In this document: in pieces, positions 60,935 through 64,000 of the stretch | Position numbering within the stretch: the stretch's first letter is position 1 | How the letters are laid out: the number at the start of each line of letters is the position of its first letter | Assembly (NCBI GenBank): GCA_963768835.1 | Contig: CAVYJB010000001.1 | Span: 88,420-152,419 of the forward strand | Direction of reading: 5' to 3' | DNA length: 64,000 nt | Origin: an uncultured bacterium | GTDB lineage: Bacteria > Patescibacteriota > Minisyncoccia > UBA6257 > GWB1-50-10 | Notes under the pieces: model-generated | Told to the model about the DNA's origin: nothing | The model's input: only the letters and a program-made list of their open reading frames with translations | The model's database searches: none | Translations under genes and position numbers: made by a program

Positions 60935-61129
60935 TGATGTTTAGCTCGATAGGTCTTTTATACTTGCGTGCCTTGGATTCAAACTCATCTAAATGCTAGA
61001 CCGCCTGTCGGAAATGACAAGCGGTTTAGCACATTTGTAGGCCTCTCGCATGGGGTACCCACACAGGCGAGACACCGTAAGGACCCCTTAAGGATGGCCG
61101 AGGAGGTCCGACGACGCAAGGGGGTCGGG

Positions 61130-61590
61130 GCCTGAAATGTAACATGTAACAAATGTAACACGACGTGCAAGGTTCGGGGAACGTCGCTTTTTCGGGAGAT
61201 TACCGACTAAGGCACATAGATCAAGGATTCTTTGATGGTCGAAGTGTAACATGGCAAATGCAACACCCGGAGGACTGTTTCCGCCTGAGCGAAAGTTAAC
61301 AAAGTTTACACAGGAAGAGACGTTAACTTTTATGCGTTAACTTTCTGAATCTTCGATGAAAATGGCACAAATGGCACTCCACGGTGTGACTTTATTGTGT
61401 GCCATTCTGGTGTGCCAAAGAGCCGCAAACCGGACAAAGCGGACACAAAAGGACGCAGTCCGGACGTGTCCCATTTGAACAGGGACGTGTCTCATTCCCT
61501 AAAATGGATGCCTGTAAAATAAGGCTTTTCTATGCAAATGAGACAAATGAGACACTTTTAGGGGGTGTTCCGATCGTGTCTCATTTTTCA
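61130..61590. repeat. noncoding region with at least nine different short direct-repeat doublets and inverted repeats
   Basis: GTAACA x3; GGCAAATGCAACA; GTTAACAAAGTTTACA; CGTTAACTTT x2; ATGGCAC x2; GTGTGCCA x2; CGGACA x3; GGACGTGTC x2; AATGAGACA x2; 11-bp inverted repeat AAATGAGACAC/GTGTCTCATTT next to RT stop. Confidence 0.6.
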
Positions 61591-62550
61591 GCCTACCAAT
61601 CCAATCCGTTTTCTGATGGCATAGGTGTTCCCGTGTTGCAGGAGCCCTCGGTAGGAGGATGCGGTCTCCGGTTTCGGGCGTCTCCCCATGCGCGTGAGCA
61701 CTCTTCGCTTCGTCGCGGTGCGAAGCACCCGATGATCCGGAAAGTGCACCCAGCCCAGGAAATCGACGCCGGAGGCGAGCGTGAGGATGGAAATCTTGTC
61801 GGGGTGAAGATCGAGCTTGAGCCGTTCGAAGAGGAATGCTCGGATCCTGGGGAGGATCTGCTCGAGTCGCGCGCGATCGTCCGAGAAAATCACGAAGTCG
61901 TCGGCGTAGCGGATGTAGTGGTGGGCGCGGAGGCGGTGCTTCGCGAATCGGTCGAACTCATTCATGTACACGTTCACGAAGAGCTGGGAGGTGAGATTGC
62001 CGAGGGGCAGGCCGATGCCAGGCCGCGTCGAGGAGAAGCTGCTGACAACGGCGCGGGCAAGCCATACAGTTCCTTCGCCCAGGTCCCGCGCAAGAATTCC
62101 GAGAAGCGCTTCGTGGTCAACGCTCGCGAAGAATTTCCGGATGTCGCACTTCAGAATCCAGCAGGTCTTCGTGTTGTTCTTGCTGGCCTGCCAACCGAAG
62201 CGCCGGAAGCGATCCAGAGCTTTATGTGTCCCCTTTCCGACCCGGCACGAAAAGGAATCGGCGATGAACTTCCTGTCAAAATGGGGGTAGAGCACGCGGT
62301 AAACGGCATGATGAAGGAGGCGGTCGCGGACGGTGGCTTTATGGATGTTCCGCGGCTTCGGATCGGAAATATTGAACGCTTGATAGCCGCCGTGCCGGTA
62401 GGTACGATGGAGAAGGTCGCGATGCAGAGAGAAGATGTGATCCACCAGGCGCAGGGAGAACTCCGCGACATCCGGTTTGTATCGCTTCCCGGGCAGGAAT
62501 TCTTGCCACGCCTGAAGTAAGTTCTCGACACTCGCGATTTTTTCAAACAT
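61588..62550 (-). CDS. diversity-generating retroelement reverse transcriptase
   Basis: RT motifs incl. YADDFVIF and DGR-type LGNLTSQ (I/LGxxxSQ); 320 aa from ATG 62550; cognate TR/VR pair present. Confidence 0.8.
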   Translation of the reverse strand: MFEKIASVENLLQAWQEFLPGKRYKPDVAEFSLRLVDHIFSLHRDLLHRTYRHGGYQAFNISDPKPRNIHKATVRDRLLHHAVYRVLYPHFDRKFIADSFSCRVGKGTHKALDRFRRFGWQASKNNTKTCWILKCDIRKFFASVDHEALLGILARDLGEGTVWLARAVVSSFSSTRPGIGLPLGNLTSQLFVNVYMNEFDRFAKHRLRAHHYIRYADDFVIFSDDRARLEQILPRIRAFLFERLKLDLHPDKISILTLASGVDFLGWVHFPDHRVLRTATKRRVLTRMGRRPKPETASSYRGLLQHGNTYAIRKRIGLVG

Positions 62551-62572
62551 ATGGATACGGAGCAACCCGGTA

Positions 62573-62583
62573 CCCCCCCCCCC
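62573..62583. repeat. C11 homopolymer between divergent RT and avd starts
   Basis: Eleven consecutive C on plus strand (G11 on RT coding strand), 23 nt upstream of RT ATG 62550 and 12 nt before avd TTG 62595; lies inside the longer listed RT ORF (encodes GGGG). Confidence 0.9.
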
Positions 62584-62594
62584 GACGGAACCAA

Positions 62595-62942
62595 TTGCCG
62601 GTAGTTCAAAAATTCGTCTCGGCATACAAGCTCTGGCACGAAATCGTTCCGGACTTTCCTAAAACTTCGCGCTATACCTTGGGCTCGAGAATCGACTCCC
62701 TTTTTCTGGAGACGATCGAACTCATTTTCTCCGCCGCCTCCGTCACCCCCGCGGAGAGGTTCGCAAGAGTGGGAATCGCGGCAGCGAAGCTGGATGCCTT
62801 GAAATTCCTTCTTCAAATTTCCTGGGAGATAAAAGCGCTGGATACCAAGAAATACATCCTGCTCTCCGAAAAACTCGACGAGGCGGGGAGGATGCTCGGC
62901 GGATGGTTACGGCAACTCTCGGAGAAAACTTCCCCGCGGTAG
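62595..62942 (+). CDS. avd: Avd-like four-helix-bundle accessory protein of DGR
   Basis: 115 aa; pattern KLWHEIVPDFPKTSRYTLGSRIDSLFLETIEL...DEAGRMLGGWLRQL resembles Avd/TIGR02436 four-helix bundle; TTG start as listed; opposite strand to RT and TR. Confidence 0.6.
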   Translation: MPVVQKFVSAYKLWHEIVPDFPKTSRYTLGSRIDSLFLETIELIFSAASVTPAERFARVGIAAAKLDALKFLLQISWEIKALDTKKYILLSEKLDEAGRMLGGWLRQLSEKTSPR

Positions 62943-62961
62943 CGCGGGGAAGGAAGCGGTA

Positions 62962-63076
62962 AGCTTCGAGAGAGCACGCAGTTGCCGTCGTTCCACCTGT
63001 TGTCATCCAGGTCGTTCGCATTCAGGTTCCACTCGCGGTCGTTCGAGTTCCAGTTCACGTTCACCGCAACCACGCG
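62962..63076 (-). repeat. DGR template repeat (TR), 115 bp
   Basis: 115-bp repeat of 63318-63432; all 22 mismatches occur where this copy has A on the minus (RT-sense) strand; translates as Asn (AAC)-rich pseudo-ORF VAVNVNWNSNDREWNLNANDLDDNRWNDGNCVLSRS. Confidence 0.85.
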
Positions 63077-63254
63077 TTCTATGCGCGACGCGCCGCCCAT
63101 GCCACCGCTCCTCGAATACTCTTGGAGCTGTATCGTATTCCGGGTCTAACCCGATAGCGCATCGCACCAGCTGACCTCTTTTATTTGTTGAAATCTCCCC
63201 GCCGGAGCCGTGACCGCAGCGATGTCGAGAAACTTCCTCTTTATTGTAACAAAA

Positions 63255-63279
63255 GACCCCGTTCATACCGAACGGGGTC
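63255..63279 (-). terminator. GC-rich hairpin plus T-tract 37 nt downstream of VR/target stop
   Basis: GACCCCGTTC-atacc-GAACGGGGTC 10-bp stem followed by TTTTGTT on minus strand; position matches DGR VR-proximal stem-loop and a rho-independent terminator. Confidence 0.6.
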
Positions 63280-63315
63280 AACACCGAGAACCCAAGAATC
63301 CGAGAATCCGAGAGG

Positions 63316-63981
63316 TCAGCTGCGAGAGAGCACGCAGCGGCCGCCGAACCACCTGTAGTCATCCAGGCCGAACGCATCCAGGCCCCACCCGCGGCCGTCC
63401 GAGGACCAGAGCACGCGCACCGCAACCACGCGCCCTTCCAACTGCACATAGAAGACGTTCGCGTAGCCGTTCATGAGGAGCGTGCCTTCTTCGCCCTTCG
63501 GTTGCTTCGTGAGCAGATCGCGGATGAGGGCCGCGAACTCTCCGGGCGTGAAGGGCTCCGGGTGTCCGAGTTCCGTGAGGATCTCGGAGTCGAGCATATA
63601 CTTCGTGAGCTTCGTCTGCGTGAGCGTGCCCTGGAACGCTTCGATGGTCTCGGGAATCAGGGGGAGCACCCACTGCTCGAAGTTGCTCCCGAGCCAGAGC
63701 TTCACAGGACCCTTCTTCCCGAAGAACGATTCCTTCGTGAAGGACTCAGTCGCTATCGCGATGCCGTCCGTGATGAGCTTCAGGGATTTCAGGGCGAGCT
63801 TCTTTGCGCCGTTCGTGCCAGCGACGATGAGTTTCGCCACTTCCTTCGCGAGACCTGTACCTGTCTTCATTCTTTCGAACATCCGTTCCTCGTTCCCCCC
63901 GAGCTTCACGACTTCCTTGTAGACTTCCGTGAAGAACTCTGCCCCGAAGAGCATGCCGCCAACCAACTTTGATTTCTGCAT
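63316..63981 (-). CDS. DGR target protein (221 aa) with C-terminal variable region
   Basis: ATG 63981 with GGAGGTG RBS; no signal peptide or TM; C-terminus ...AVRVLWSSDGRGWGLDAFGLDDYRWFGGRCVLSRS encoded by VR. Confidence 0.75.
   Translation of the reverse strand: MQKSKLVGGMLFGAEFFTEVYKEVVKLGGNEERMFERMKTGTGLAKEVAKLIVAGTNGAKKLALKSLKLITDGIAIATESFTKESFFGKKGPVKLWLGSNFEQWVLPLIPETIEAFQGTLTQTKLTKYMLDSEILTELGHPEPFTPGEFAALIRDLLTKQPKGEEGTLLMNGYANVFYVQLEGRVVAVRVLWSSDGRGWGLDAFGLDDYRWFGGRCVLSRS
63318..63432 (-). repeat. DGR variable repeat (VR), 115 bp, at 3' end of target gene
   Basis: 93/115 identical to TR; differences only at TR adenine positions; begins at target stop codon. Confidence 0.85.
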
Positions 63982-64000
63982 AGTGCACCTCCGTATGGTG

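Noticed and set aside
61399-62816. 373-aa plus-strand ORF (61399..62520) and 221-aa minus-strand ORF (62151..62816) overlapping the RT gene
   Set aside because: They are antisense to, or out of frame with, an RT ORF bearing YADD and IGxxxSQ motifs. They are Arg/Gly-rich shadow frames.
62813-63100. 95-aa ORF MGGASRIERVVAVNVNWNSN...
   Set aside because: This is the template repeat read in the frame it shares with VR. The Asn (AAC)-rich translation is a by-product of TR/VR homology, it is antisense to avd, and it is not a gene.

Overview
This is a 64 kb bacterial chromosomal window of about 57-60% GC with dense, mostly minus-strand coding. I infer from reduced-domain housekeeping proteins, a 23S-5S pair without 16S, a type IV pilus operon and a diversity-generating retroelement (DGR) that it comes from a small-genome, CPR/Patescibacteria-like organism; I cannot confirm this. 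Coordinates for rRNA ends and alternative start codons are approximate, and nothing was searched against databases.

Main contents, in window order:
- Six-gene type IV pilus-like operon at 3851..10469: pilB, pilC and four pilin or pseudopilin genes, two of them unusually large (582 and 478 aa).
- ftsE-ftsX preceded by an RF2-like release factor that lacks its N-terminal domain and starts flush against tRNA-Thr(CGT).
- RNase P RNA with a consensus sigma70 promoter that overlaps a divergent tRNA promoter.
- rnhA, a NUDIX hydrolase, a DHH phosphoesterase, pgk and ndh.
- A 23S-5S rRNA pair on the minus strand with no 16S nearby.
- pcm, ddl and a tRNA/ribosomal cluster: Thr(GGT)-rpmG-Trp, Thr(TGT), Tyr, then tsf-rpsB-trmD-KH-rpsP.
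- A hinge-less SMC-like protein, rnc, nusB, rnhB, dnaE, thrS, miaA, gatB, greA, rplK-nusG-secE and gyrB.
- Secreted proteins: a glutamic-peptidase-like protein, a DUF5666-like repeat protein and a TonB-C-domain protein.
- uppP, a UDG-like glycosylase, an ICMT-family methyltransferase, an SPFH protein, an ABC-F ATPase and an MFS transporter.

The most notable region is the 3' end, 60.1-64.0 kb:
- An AT-rich island carrying a NERD-domain gene, next to a truncated PAP2 remnant.
- A noncoding region packed with distinct short direct-repeat doublets.
- A complete DGR: a reverse transcriptase, a divergently oriented avd, and a 115-bp template/variable repeat pair.
- A C11 homopolymer lies in the 44-bp gap between the RT and avd start codons.
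- All 22 repeat mismatches fall at template adenines, and the variable repeat sits at the C-terminus of a small target protein with no signal peptide.
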